Source: an uncultured bacterium (GTDB lineage Bacteria; Bacillota_I; Bacilli_A; RF39; UBA660). From it: a DNA stretch of 55,546 bases. The notes below the pieces were generated by a model. The model was not told where the DNA came from. It did not search any database and saw nothing but the letters and a program-made list of their open reading frames with translations. Positions 17,780 to 25,413 of the stretch are shown piece after piece (the first letter of the stretch is position 1; every line of letters starts with the position of its first letter). A program made the translations under genes and the position numbers. The DNA is taken from assembly GCA_949285875.1 (NCBI GenBank), contig CASDZZ010000004.1:1-55546 (forward strand), in the 5' to 3' direction.

Positions 17780-17983
17780 ATGAAAAACAACAATAAATTA
17801 GTAGTTCCAGGATCTAAACAAGCTATTGAAAACATGAAATATGAAATAGCTAACGAATTAGGAGTTAACTTAGGTGCTGATGCAACTGCAAGAGCTAATG
17901 GTTCAGTTGGTGGTGAAATTACAAAACGTTTAGTAAAAATGGGTCAATCACAATTAGGTGGATCTTATAACGTTCAAAAGTAG
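17780..17983 (+). CDS. Alpha/beta-type small acid-soluble spore protein
   Basis: Canonical '[10 protein letters not shown]' and '[12 protein letters not shown]' SASP motifs. 67 aa. Confidence 0.95.
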   Translation: MKNNNKLVVPGSKQAIENMKYEIANELGVNLGADATARANGSVGGEITKRLVKMGQSQLGGSYNVQK

Positions 17984-17996
17984 TTTATATATATAA

Positions 17997-18022
17997 AGGG
18001 TAGCTAAAGCTACCTTTTTTTG
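17997..18022 (+). terminator. Terminator after the SASP gene
   Basis: Stem 'ggtagc'/'gctacc', loop 'taaa', T7 run. Confidence 0.8.
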
Positions 18023-18072
18023 TTTTATTTATTTATAATTTGTTGTATAATTGTAAATAGGAGAGTGATTTT

Positions 18073-19254
18073 GTGAAAATATTATCAGTTAATGCTGGTT
18101 CTTCATCATTAAAGTTCCAGTTGTATGAAATGCCAGAAGAAAAAGTATTAATATCTGGAAATTTTGAAAGAATTGGTATAGAGGGTAGTTTTTATACCTT
18201 AAAAATTAATGGAGAAAAAATAAAAAAAGAACTTAAATTAAATAATCATGAAGAAGCTTTTAAAACTTTAGTAGAAGAATTGAAAGAAAATAAGGTAGTT
18301 AAAGATTTAGATGAAATAAAAGGAATTGGGCACAGAATAGTGCAAGGAGGAGACTACTTTGATAAGACTGTAGTTATTGATGAAGATGTTATTAATAAGA
18401 TAGATGAACTATCAAGTTTGGCACCACTTCATAATCCTGCTGCAATAATAGGTATAAAAGCTGCTAAGGAAGTTTTTCCTAATGCGCTAGAAACTGCTGT
18501 ATTTGATACGGCATTCCATCAAACTATGCCTGAAGAAAACTATATGTATGCTTTACCAAGAGCTTGGTATACTGATTATAAAGTAAGAAGGTATGGGGCA
18601 CACGGAACAAGTCATAAATATGTTGCAAATAGAATGAACGAAATATTAGGAAGAAACAATACTAAACTAATTACATGTCATATAGGTAACGGAGCAAGTA
18701 TTAGTGCGGTAGTTAATGGAAAATGTTTAAACACAAGCATGGGTCTTACTCCTAATGCTGGATTAGTTATGGGAACTCGTTGTGGTGATATAGATGCTAG
18801 TATAATTCCTTATATTATGGAAAAAGCAAATTTAACTCCTAAACAAGTAGATACTATTATCAACAAGGAAAGTGGTTTTTTAGGTTTAAGTATGAGAAGT
18901 AGTGATGCTAGAGATATAAGAGAAGGTATCAATCAAGGTGATCATAACTGTATTTTAGCGCAAAGAATTTATGTAAAAAGAGTAGTTGATTATATCGCTA
19001 AATATTATGTTGAAATGGGAGGCTGTGATGCAATAATATTTACGGCTGGAGTTGGAGAAAACTCTGTTGATACAAGAAAAGAGATTCTTAATGAATTAGA
19101 AGTTTTGGGAGTAAAATTAGATAGTGAGGCTAATAAAATAGCTGGGCAGGAAAAAATGATTTCTACTGAAGATTCCAAGATAATGTGTTATGTAATTCCT
19201 ACTAATGAAGAATTAATGATAGCAAGAGATACTCTAGCTCTTATAAATGAATAA
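18073..19254 (+). CDS. ackA: Acetate kinase
   Basis: 'ILSVNAGSSSLKFQL', 'GHRIVQGG' and 'RYGAHGTSH' motifs. GTG start 10 nt after 'aggag'. Confidence 0.95.
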   Translation: MKILSVNAGSSSLKFQLYEMPEEKVLISGNFERIGIEGSFYTLKINGEKIKKELKLNNHEEAFKTLVEELKENKVVKDLDEIKGIGHRIVQGGDYFDKTVVIDEDVINKIDELSSLAPLHNPAAIIGIKAAKEVFPNALETAVFDTAFHQTMPEENYMYALPRAWYTDYKVRRYGAHGTSHKYVANRMNEILGRNNTKLITCHIGNGASISAVVNGKCLNTSMGLTPNAGLVMGTRCGDIDASIIPYIMEKANLTPKQVDTIINKESGFLGLSMRSSDARDIREGINQGDHNCILAQRIYVKRVVDYIAKYYVEMGGCDAIIFTAGVGENSVDTRKEILNELEVLGVKLDSEANKIAGQEKMISTEDSKIMCYVIPTNEELMIARDTLALINE

Positions 19255-20209
19255 TAGTATGGAACAAGAAATTTTAAAATTAATAGAAAAATATAAAAAA
19301 ATAATAATTGCAAGACACATTGGTGGTGATCCGGATGCTCTTGGTTCAACATTTGCTCTTAAGGAAATAATTGAATGTAATTTTTCAGATAAAGAAGTAC
19401 ATGTTGTTGGGGCTTCTATTTCTAGATTTAAAATGTTTGGTTCACATGAAAAAGTAGATGAAGAAGGTTGCAAGGACGCATTATTGATAGCTTTAGATAT
19501 TCCTGATATTAAAAGAATAGATGGTGTAAATTACTATAACTTTAAGGATGTTATAAAAATAGATCATCATCCTGAGATAGATAAATTTTCTCGTTATGAG
19601 ATTGTTGATGAAAATGCGTCTAGTGCTTGCGAGCTAATAGCTTTATGGGCTTTTAAGTGTAATCTTAAATTAACTAAGCATGCAGCTGAAAATATTTTTA
19701 TGGGAATTGTTGCGGATACTAACAGATTTTTATTTCAAGGTACTAGTTCAACAACCTTTGAAGTTATCTCAAGGTTAATTAAAGAACAAAATATTAATTT
19801 ATCAGAATTATACGCAGCTTTGTATAAAAGATCTATTTCAGAAGTAAGATTAGAAGGCTTTATATCTCAAAATATTTCTATCACTAAAAATGGAGTGGGA
19901 TATATTAAATTAACTGATAAAGTTTTAAAGGAGTTTGGCGTTGATTCAGCTAGTATAGGCGGAATAATGAATAATTATAATTTTATAAATGAAATGATTA
20001 CCTGGGTTATCTTTACCGAAGATGTTAAGGCTAACGTAATAAGGACTTCTGCAAGGTCTAGAGGACCAGTTATAAATAAGCTTTTTGAGCAGTATAATGG
20101 TGGGGGTCATATGTATGCATGTGGTGCAAAACTTCATGATTTTAAAGAAGCAGATGAAATTGTAGATAAATTAGATGAGTTGTGTAAGGAGTATAATTAT
20201 CCAAACTAA
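19247..20209 (+). CDS. nrnA: DHH/DHHA1 phosphoesterase (NrnA-type oligoribonuclease / pAp phosphatase)
   Basis: 'ARHIGGDPDALGS', 'KIDHHP' and DHHA1 'GGGHMYACGA' motifs. Overlaps the ackA stop by 8 nt. An alternative start is at 19259. Confidence 0.85.
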   Translation: MNNSMEQEILKLIEKYKKIIIARHIGGDPDALGSTFALKEIIECNFSDKEVHVVGASISRFKMFGSHEKVDEEGCKDALLIALDIPDIKRIDGVNYYNFKDVIKIDHHPEIDKFSRYEIVDENASSACELIALWAFKCNLKLTKHAAENIFMGIVADTNRFLFQGTSSTTFEVISRLIKEQNINLSELYAALYKRSISEVRLEGFISQNISITKNGVGYIKLTDKVLKEFGVDSASIGGIMNNYNFINEMITWVIFTEDVKANVIRTSARSRGPVINKLFEQYNGGGHMYACGAKLHDFKEADEIVDKLDELCKEYNYPN

Positions 20210-20271
20210 ACTTATCTTTTTTTGTTTTTTTTACAATAGTATGTTATACTTATGTCGTGGAGGAACTTAAA

Positions 20272-20754
20272 ATGGAAAATACAAATAAAAAGAAGAAAAC
20301 TAATATTCCTTTAATTGTAATATTAATTATTGTTTATTTAATAGAAAGAGCATTACTTATTTTTATTCCCTTAATTATTTATTATATATTTGTTTCTGTT
20401 TCAATTTTTAGTCCAGATGAGCAAAATGATTTACATTCAAGAGATCTTATTTATACTTATAAATTTATTAAAAATGACCTAGAAGCAATGAAAGATAATA
20501 TATGCTATCATGATTGTGAAGATTATTTAGATATAGATGAGAGAAAATATGATTTAGATATAGAATACATGGGTGGGTATTATGCCGTTGAACTAGAATT
20601 TGAAGAAGACTATTATGAAAATTTTAAGTTAGATGATTCTTTATGTAATACTTTAGATAATGCCACATGTATTGGTAATAAAATTATTGGTAAAGTTTAT
20701 GTTGAAAGCAACTATTTAGAGAATGAAAATGAAAAATATTGGGAAACATATTAA
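20272..20754 (+). CDS. Hypothetical membrane protein (N-terminal TM pair, acidic Tyr/Cys-containing ectodomain)
   Basis: ATG 20272 follows RBS 'ggagg'; the ORF track opens at GTG 20257. TM 'IPLIVILIIVYLIERALLIFIPLIIYYIFVSVSIF'. No motif recognised. Confidence 0.5.
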   Translation: MENTNKKKKTNIPLIVILIIVYLIERALLIFIPLIIYYIFVSVSIFSPDEQNDLHSRDLIYTYKFIKNDLEAMKDNICYHDCEDYLDIDERKYDLDIEYMGGYYAVELEFEEDYYENFKLDDSLCNTLDNATCIGNKIIGKVYVESNYLENENEKYWETY

Positions 20755-21007
20755 TATAAATGATTTAATAAAAGAAATAACTAATGATAAAGATTTTATC
20801 AAAATGAGGGGTAAAGGTATTTATTTGAGTGATAACCAAGTTGAAGTTTTAAAGAAATATAATATTGACTACAAAAAGTATAATTCGCTATCAAGTTTAA
20901 TTTTTGAAATAGAACAGATCTTAAATGAAACAGATAACTTAGAAGATTTAGAAGAATTAGAAATAAACTTGTCAGAACTTAACTATTATTACAATATTAA
21001 TAAATAA
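20723..21007 (+). CDS. Hypothetical 94-aa protein
   Basis: The ORF overlaps the previous gene by 32 nt. Weak RBS, start uncertain. Acidic helical C-terminus. Confidence 0.35.
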   Translation: MKMKNIGKHININDLIKEITNDKDFIKMRGKGIYLSDNQVEVLKKYNIDYKKYNSLSSLIFEIEQILNETDNLEDLEELEINLSELNYYYNINK

Positions 21008-21096
21008 TTTGCTTTTTAAAAAAGTTTTTGCTATAATACTTTAACAAATTGGACTTTGTTCTAATTATAATACAATAATAACCGTAGGTGATAAAA

Positions 21097-21696
21097 ATGA
21101 AAATAGAAAAAGTTGAACTTTCTAATATTGCTGTAAGGAGAAGTCAGTACCCTACAGATGGTAAACCTGAATTTTTACTTATAGGTAGAAGTAATGTTGG
21201 AAAGTCAAGTTTTACTAATTCTATTATGGAAAGAAGAAATTTTGCAAGAATATCCGGAAAACCAGGAAAAACTCAAACTATAAATTTTTATAAAATTAAC
21301 GATGATTTTTATTTAGTTGATGTACCTGGTTATGGATATGCAAGTGCGAGTCGTAGCAAACAGAAAAAATTTGGTATGATGATAGAGGAATATTTATCTG
21401 AAAGAGAGGAACTAAACCAAGTTTTTATGCTTGTGGATTTTAGGCATAAACCAACTGAAGATGATCTTCTTATGTATAATTTTTTAAAATTTCATGGCGT
21501 TAAAGTAACTTTAATTGCTACTAAAGTTGATAAAGTTGGAACAACACAAAGAGAAAAATATAAGAAACAGATTACAGATAATATAGATTTAGCAATAGGT
21601 GATGAATTGGTTTTGTTTTCTTCAAAAACAAAATTAGGAAAAAAAGAAATACAAAATATGATAGAAAAAGAAGTCTATGGGGAAACAGCTTTATAA
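21097..21696 (+). CDS. engB: Ribosome biogenesis GTP-binding protein YsxC/EngB
   Basis: 'GRSNVGKSSFTN' (G1), 'DVPGYGYA' (G3) and 'TKVDK' (G4). ATG 21097 follows 'aggtga'. Confidence 0.92.
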   Translation: MKIEKVELSNIAVRRSQYPTDGKPEFLLIGRSNVGKSSFTNSIMERRNFARISGKPGKTQTINFYKINDDFYLVDVPGYGYASASRSKQKKFGMMIEEYLSEREELNQVFMLVDFRHKPTEDDLLMYNFLKFHGVKVTLIATKVDKVGTTQREKYKKQITDNIDLAIGDELVLFSSKTKLGKKEIQNMIEKEVYGETAL

Positions 21697-21743
21697 ACTT
21701 CTTTTTTTGTGTTATAATTTATTAACAAAAAGAGGTGTTTAAA

Positions 21744-23057
21744 ATGAAAATTCCAATAGTAGCTTTAGTAGGAAGACCAAACGTGGGAAAATCAACTATA
21801 TTTAATAGATTAGTAGGAAAAAAACAAGCTATAATAGAAGATACTCCAGGCGTTACAAGAGATAGAATTTATGGTAATGCTAAATATTTTGATTATAATT
21901 TTAGTGTAATAGATACGGGTGGTATAGATACTGGAAAAGAAGCTTTTAATAAAGAGATAAAAATGCAAGCTGAACTTGCGATTGATGAAGCGGATGTTGT
22001 GATTTTTGTAGTTGATGGAAAAGAAGGTTTAAACAGTAATGATTTGGTTGTAAGAGATATACTAAGAAAAAGTAATAAAAAAGTAATTGTTGCAATAAAT
22101 AAAGTTGACAATAAAAAGGTATCGGAAAATATTTATGATTTTTATGAGTTAGGTTTTGATTATTATATTTCAATTTCTGGATCTCATAATATTGGCTTTG
22201 ATGAACTTCTTGAAGAGGTAACAAGAGAATTTCCTAAAAATAATACTCAAGAATATGATGATGATGTAGTCAAATTTTGTGTTATAGGTAGACCTAATGT
22301 TGGTAAATCTAGTTTAGTTAATGCTATTTTAAATGAAGAAAGAGTAATTGTAAGTAATGTTGCTGGTACTACTAGAGATACAGTTGATACTCCGTTTACT
22401 TATGAAAAAGAAAAATATGTTGTTATTGATACAGCGGGGATGAGAAAAAGGGGCAGAGTATATGAATCTGTAGAGAAGTATAGTTTATTAAGAAGTATGA
22501 AAGCTATTGATAGAAGTGATGTTTGTTTAGTAGTTATTAATGCTGAGGAAGGTGTTATAGAACATGATAAACATATCGCTAGCTATGCTTTAGAAGCTGG
22601 AAAAGCATTAGTTTTAGTTGTTAACAAATGGGATGTTGTAAATGATAAGGATAAAGATATAAAGGAATTTACAAAATTGTTAAGAGCAGAGTTTCAATTT
22701 TTAAGTTATGTACCTATTGTATTTTTGTCAGCTAAAACAAAGAAGAGATTACATACCTTAATGCCTGAAGTCAAAAAAGTATTTATTAATTCCCATAGAG
22801 AAGTTAAAACAAGTATATTAAATGATGTTATAACTGATGCTGTAGCCCTTCAATCCCCTCCTTCTTATAAAGGGAAAAGACTTAAGATCTATTATGTGTC
22901 ACAAACTGGAATCACACCTCCTAAATTTACTTTCTTTGTAAATAATAAGGGATTAGTCCATTTTTCTTATGAAAGATATTTAGAAAATAAGATTAGGGAA
23001 AGTTTTGATTTTGAAGGTACTCCTATAGTATTTCAATTTAAGAATAGAAATGAATAA
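21744..23057 (+). CDS. der: Ribosome-associated GTPase Der/EngA
   Basis: Two GTPase domains ('GRPNVGKST...DTGG...NKVD' and 'GRPNVGKSS...DTAG...NKWD') plus a KH-like C-terminus. ATG 21744 follows 'agagg'. Confidence 0.95.
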   Translation: MKIPIVALVGRPNVGKSTIFNRLVGKKQAIIEDTPGVTRDRIYGNAKYFDYNFSVIDTGGIDTGKEAFNKEIKMQAELAIDEADVVIFVVDGKEGLNSNDLVVRDILRKSNKKVIVAINKVDNKKVSENIYDFYELGFDYYISISGSHNIGFDELLEEVTREFPKNNTQEYDDDVVKFCVIGRPNVGKSSLVNAILNEERVIVSNVAGTTRDTVDTPFTYEKEKYVVIDTAGMRKRGRVYESVEKYSLLRSMKAIDRSDVCLVVINAEEGVIEHDKHIASYALEAGKALVLVVNKWDVVNDKDKDIKEFTKLLRAEFQFLSYVPIVFLSAKTKKRLHTLMPEVKKVFINSHREVKTSILNDVITDAVALQSPPSYKGKRLKIYYVSQTGITPPKFTFFVNNKGLVHFSYERYLENKIRESFDFEGTPIVFQFKNRNE

Positions 23058-23667
23058 AGAAATAGTTATAAAAGTGAATAATAATGGTTTGTTTAAAGTG
23101 CCATTATTCTTACGCTTGAGAGATAGTAAAAAAAAGAAATATAAAATATTATATAAAAATAAATATTATGAAAGTGAACAAAAAGATAAAAATATAATGC
23201 AAATTTCTCAAGTGGTTGAAGCTCTTAATATAAAAGACAAAAAGAAAAGATTAGAATATATATATGATAGGGCTTGTGATATTTTAGATTCTGATTTTTA
23301 TGGTAAAAATGTATGTGAATTTAAAGATAATAGGTGTATACATGATAGAAAGTTTAAAGTATCCTGTGACGGTTGTTGTAGATCTAATGATGGTAAAAAA
23401 TATTGTATGTATTTAGTTAATCATAGATGTTCTATTAGGTGTTTAGCTTGCAAATTTCATGTTTGTTCTTGCATTAGAAAAAAAGGATTAAAATACAGAG
23501 TTAATGATATTTTGGTAATTAAGTATTTATTAAATTTTAGGCAAAAATGTATTTGTTATTTAAACTTTTTTAAAACCAAAGAAGAAACAATTAAAGATCT
23601 TTACAAGAATAGCATAATATTGTGGGCTTTTAAAAAAAATAAAGAAAAGTTTTTAGAAGAAAAATAG
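23050..23667 (+). CDS. Cysteine-rich hypothetical protein (14 Cys in ~100 aa), Lys-rich N-terminus
   Basis: 'CEFKDNRCIHDRKFKVSCDGCCRSNDGKKYCMYLVNHRCSIRCLACKFHVCSCIRKKG...KCICY'. The start overlaps the der stop by 8 nt. 'CDGCC' is faintly reminiscent of the CxxCxxCC zinc/iron-chelating domain. Confidence 0.55.
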   Translation: MNKEIVIKVNNNGLFKVPLFLRLRDSKKKKYKILYKNKYYESEQKDKNIMQISQVVEALNIKDKKKRLEYIYDRACDILDSDFYGKNVCEFKDNRCIHDRKFKVSCDGCCRSNDGKKYCMYLVNHRCSIRCLACKFHVCSCIRKKGLKYRVNDILVIKYLLNFRQKCICYLNFFKTKEETIKDLYKNSIILWAFKKNKEKFLEEK

Positions 23668-23724
23668 CTTTTTGATAACAAAAATTTAAAGTAAACATAT
23701 ATTATTCTAGGAGTGATTAATTAT

Positions 23725-23970
23725 ATGGGTATAACAGATAGTTTTCTTAATAAGGTTGAGAAAAAAACTAATGTTAGTAAACAATCAATTTTAGATATTG
23801 CATCTAAACTTAAAGAAGGGGATTTAAAAAATGAAAATACAATAAGGGGTGTTATTGAAGAGCTTTCTAAATTAACTGGTAAAAAGGTTAGCAAAGAACA
23901 GTCAGATAAAATAGTTAAAGCTGTGGTAGGAGATCAAATCCCTAACAATTTAGAAAAGATGATAGACTAA
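23725..23970 (+). CDS. spoVIF: Stage VI sporulation protein F-like
   Basis: 'FLNKVEKKTNVSKQSILDIASKL...LKNENTIRGVIEELSKLTGKKVSKEQSDKIVKAV' parallels B. subtilis SpoVIF as I recall it. ~82 aa. ATG 23725 follows 'aggag'. Confidence 0.65.
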   Translation: MGITDSFLNKVEKKTNVSKQSILDIASKLKEGDLKNENTIRGVIEELSKLTGKKVSKEQSDKIVKAVVGDQIPNNLEKMID

Positions 23971-23993
23971 AGAAGAAGGTTTCTTCTTTTTTT
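23969..23993 (+). terminator. Terminator after spoVIF-like gene
   Basis: Stem 'aagaagaa'/'ttcttctt', 3-nt loop, T-run. Confidence 0.7.
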
Positions 23994-24001
23994 GTAGTAA
24001 A

Positions 24002-24031
24002 TTGTTTTAAATTAAATATTTATGTTATAAT
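24002..24031 (+). promoter_or_regulatory. Sigma-A-type promoter for the micro-ORF / HExxH gene pair
   Basis: -35 'ttgttt' (24002-24007), 18-nt spacer, extended -10 'tgttataat' (24023-24031). Confidence 0.45.
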
Positions 24032-24060
24032 TTTTATATAGTAGTGGAAGGATGATATAA

Positions 24061-24234
24061 ATGGGGATCGGTATAGATTATAAAAAAATATTTAAAGAGC
24101 CTTACACTTTGGATGAAAAAATAGAATATTATTATTATGCTTATATAATGGAAAAAGATGGTAACAAGAAATTGATAATACTAAAGTATTTAGAAAAGTT
24201 GTTGGAGGAAAAAAATAAGAATGGAAAAAATTAG
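24061..24234 (+). CDS. 57-aa hypothetical protein (not in ORF track), translationally coupled to the next gene
   Basis: ATG 24061 follows 'ggaagga'. Translation: MGIGIDYKKIFKEPYTLDEKIEYYYYAYIMEKDGNKKLIILKYLEKLLEEKNKNGKN. Its last 14 nt overlap the start of 24221..25339 and contain that gene's RBS 'ggagg'. Confidence 0.4.
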   Translation: MGIGIDYKKIFKEPYTLDEKIEYYYYAYIMEKDGNKKLIILKYLEKLLEEKNKNGKN

Positions 24235-25339
24235 TGCTTTAAAAGAGGTGAAATGTCCAGAGTGTGGTGGTGAGGGTTATGAAGTTAAGTGTACATATTG
24301 CGGAAATATAAATGAAAGATTGGTAAAACTAAATAATATGATTCCGGTTGGTACTAATCTAGAAACTTATTATAATGACTTTATATCCGGTAAATTAGCT
24401 AATAAGACCCAGCTCACCGAGGAAGAAGATAAATTTTTTTATACCTTATTAAAGGAAGATTTAATAAAATCAAACTTTGTGCCAGATGGATATATTTTAA
24501 TAAGTTCTTTTTTGGGTAAAAAACTAGTAAGCTACAAAACTTTTGAAAAATTCGTTGAATTAATGGTAAGAAATATAGTATATACGATTAACGATGACAA
24601 GGTAAAAGGCTTAGAAGTTTTTTTTGAAATTACAGATTTAAAAGAAGATATTCGTGGTACGACGGTTTGTAAAGTGGATAAGGATGATAAGTACAAGGAA
24701 GTACTTATCAAGTTTGATAGACAAGTGATTTTGGGTTTATATGAAGGAAAAAAATTAGATGATTTAGAAACTATTTTTCATGAAACCACGCATATTTTAC
24801 AGAATATATATATAGCAACAGGCGTCTTTTCGGCTGCTTTATTAAAACAAATAAAAGATAAAATAATACGAGAATATTGTATAGGGAAAACAGATGAATA
24901 CTCATATTATGATGAAAATTACTACATAATTAGCAGTGAGGTTGATGCCAGATTAAATAGTATTTTACAAACTAAGCGTTTTTTAGGAATGATGGGTTAC
25001 TCTTATTTAGATGAAAATTTAATAGAAAAAAGAATAGAGGAAGAAATAAAATTATATAAGTTAGATTTAAGAAAAATAGACGAAGATAAACTTGGAGTTG
25101 AACAAACAGCTTTAATAGATGAAATATTTGATAAAATAGTCGAAGACAAACCTGAATTGCTAGAAAAATATCCACAGTTAAAAGTTGAATATGTGTTGGA
25201 AGATGGCTTTGTTAGGAGAAAAAATTATGAAGAATTACTAGATACATATGAGGAAAATTTAGGTAACGATGAGGTTATCACTTTCTTAAAGCAAAAAATT
25301 CATTTTTATAATCAAGATAGAAATGGTAAGAAGAAATAA
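24221..25339 (+). CDS. Hypothetical protein: N-terminal CxxC-x8-CxxC zinc ribbon + HExxH putative zincin domain
   Basis: 'CPECGGEGYEVKCTYCGN' at residues 12-27. 'IFHETTHILQ' at residues 185-194 (nt 24779-24793 = HETTH), with a possible third ligand in 'SSEVDAR' ~50 residues later. No family recognised. Confidence 0.6.
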   Translation: MEKISALKEVKCPECGGEGYEVKCTYCGNINERLVKLNNMIPVGTNLETYYNDFISGKLANKTQLTEEEDKFFYTLLKEDLIKSNFVPDGYILISSFLGKKLVSYKTFEKFVELMVRNIVYTINDDKVKGLEVFFEITDLKEDIRGTTVCKVDKDDKYKEVLIKFDRQVILGLYEGKKLDDLETIFHETTHILQNIYIATGVFSAALLKQIKDKIIREYCIGKTDEYSYYDENYYIISSEVDARLNSILQTKRFLGMMGYSYLDENLIEKRIEEEIKLYKLDLRKIDEDKLGVEQTALIDEIFDKIVEDKPELLEKYPQLKVEYVLEDGFVRRKNYEELLDTYEENLGNDEVITFLKQKIHFYNQDRNGKKK

Positions 25340-25356
25340 TTTTTCTTCTTTTTTTC
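25328..25356 (+). terminator. Terminator after the HExxH gene
   Basis: Stem 'aagaagaaa'/'tttcttctt' spanning the stop codon, followed by a T-run. Confidence 0.65.
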
Positions 25357-25382
25357 ATATTATCTTTATTTTTACATATTAT
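25355..25382 (+). promoter_or_regulatory. Possible mother-cell (sigma-E-type) promoter of spoIVA
   Basis: 'tcatatt' (25355-25361), 13-nt spacer, 'catattat' (25375-25382). Compare the sigma-E consensus, roughly kmATATT-14-CATACAmT. spoIVA is sigma-E dependent in B. subtilis. Confidence 0.4.
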
Positions 25383-25413
25383 TTAATGAAATAGTTAAGA
25401 AAGTAGGGATTAT

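Noticed and set aside
20723-20754. Frameshifted single gene spanning 20257..21007
   Set aside because: The two products have different character (membrane protein versus soluble acidic protein). There is no homopolymer slip site in the 32-nt overlap, and no known family would be restored by joining the frames. I kept them as separate low-confidence genes.
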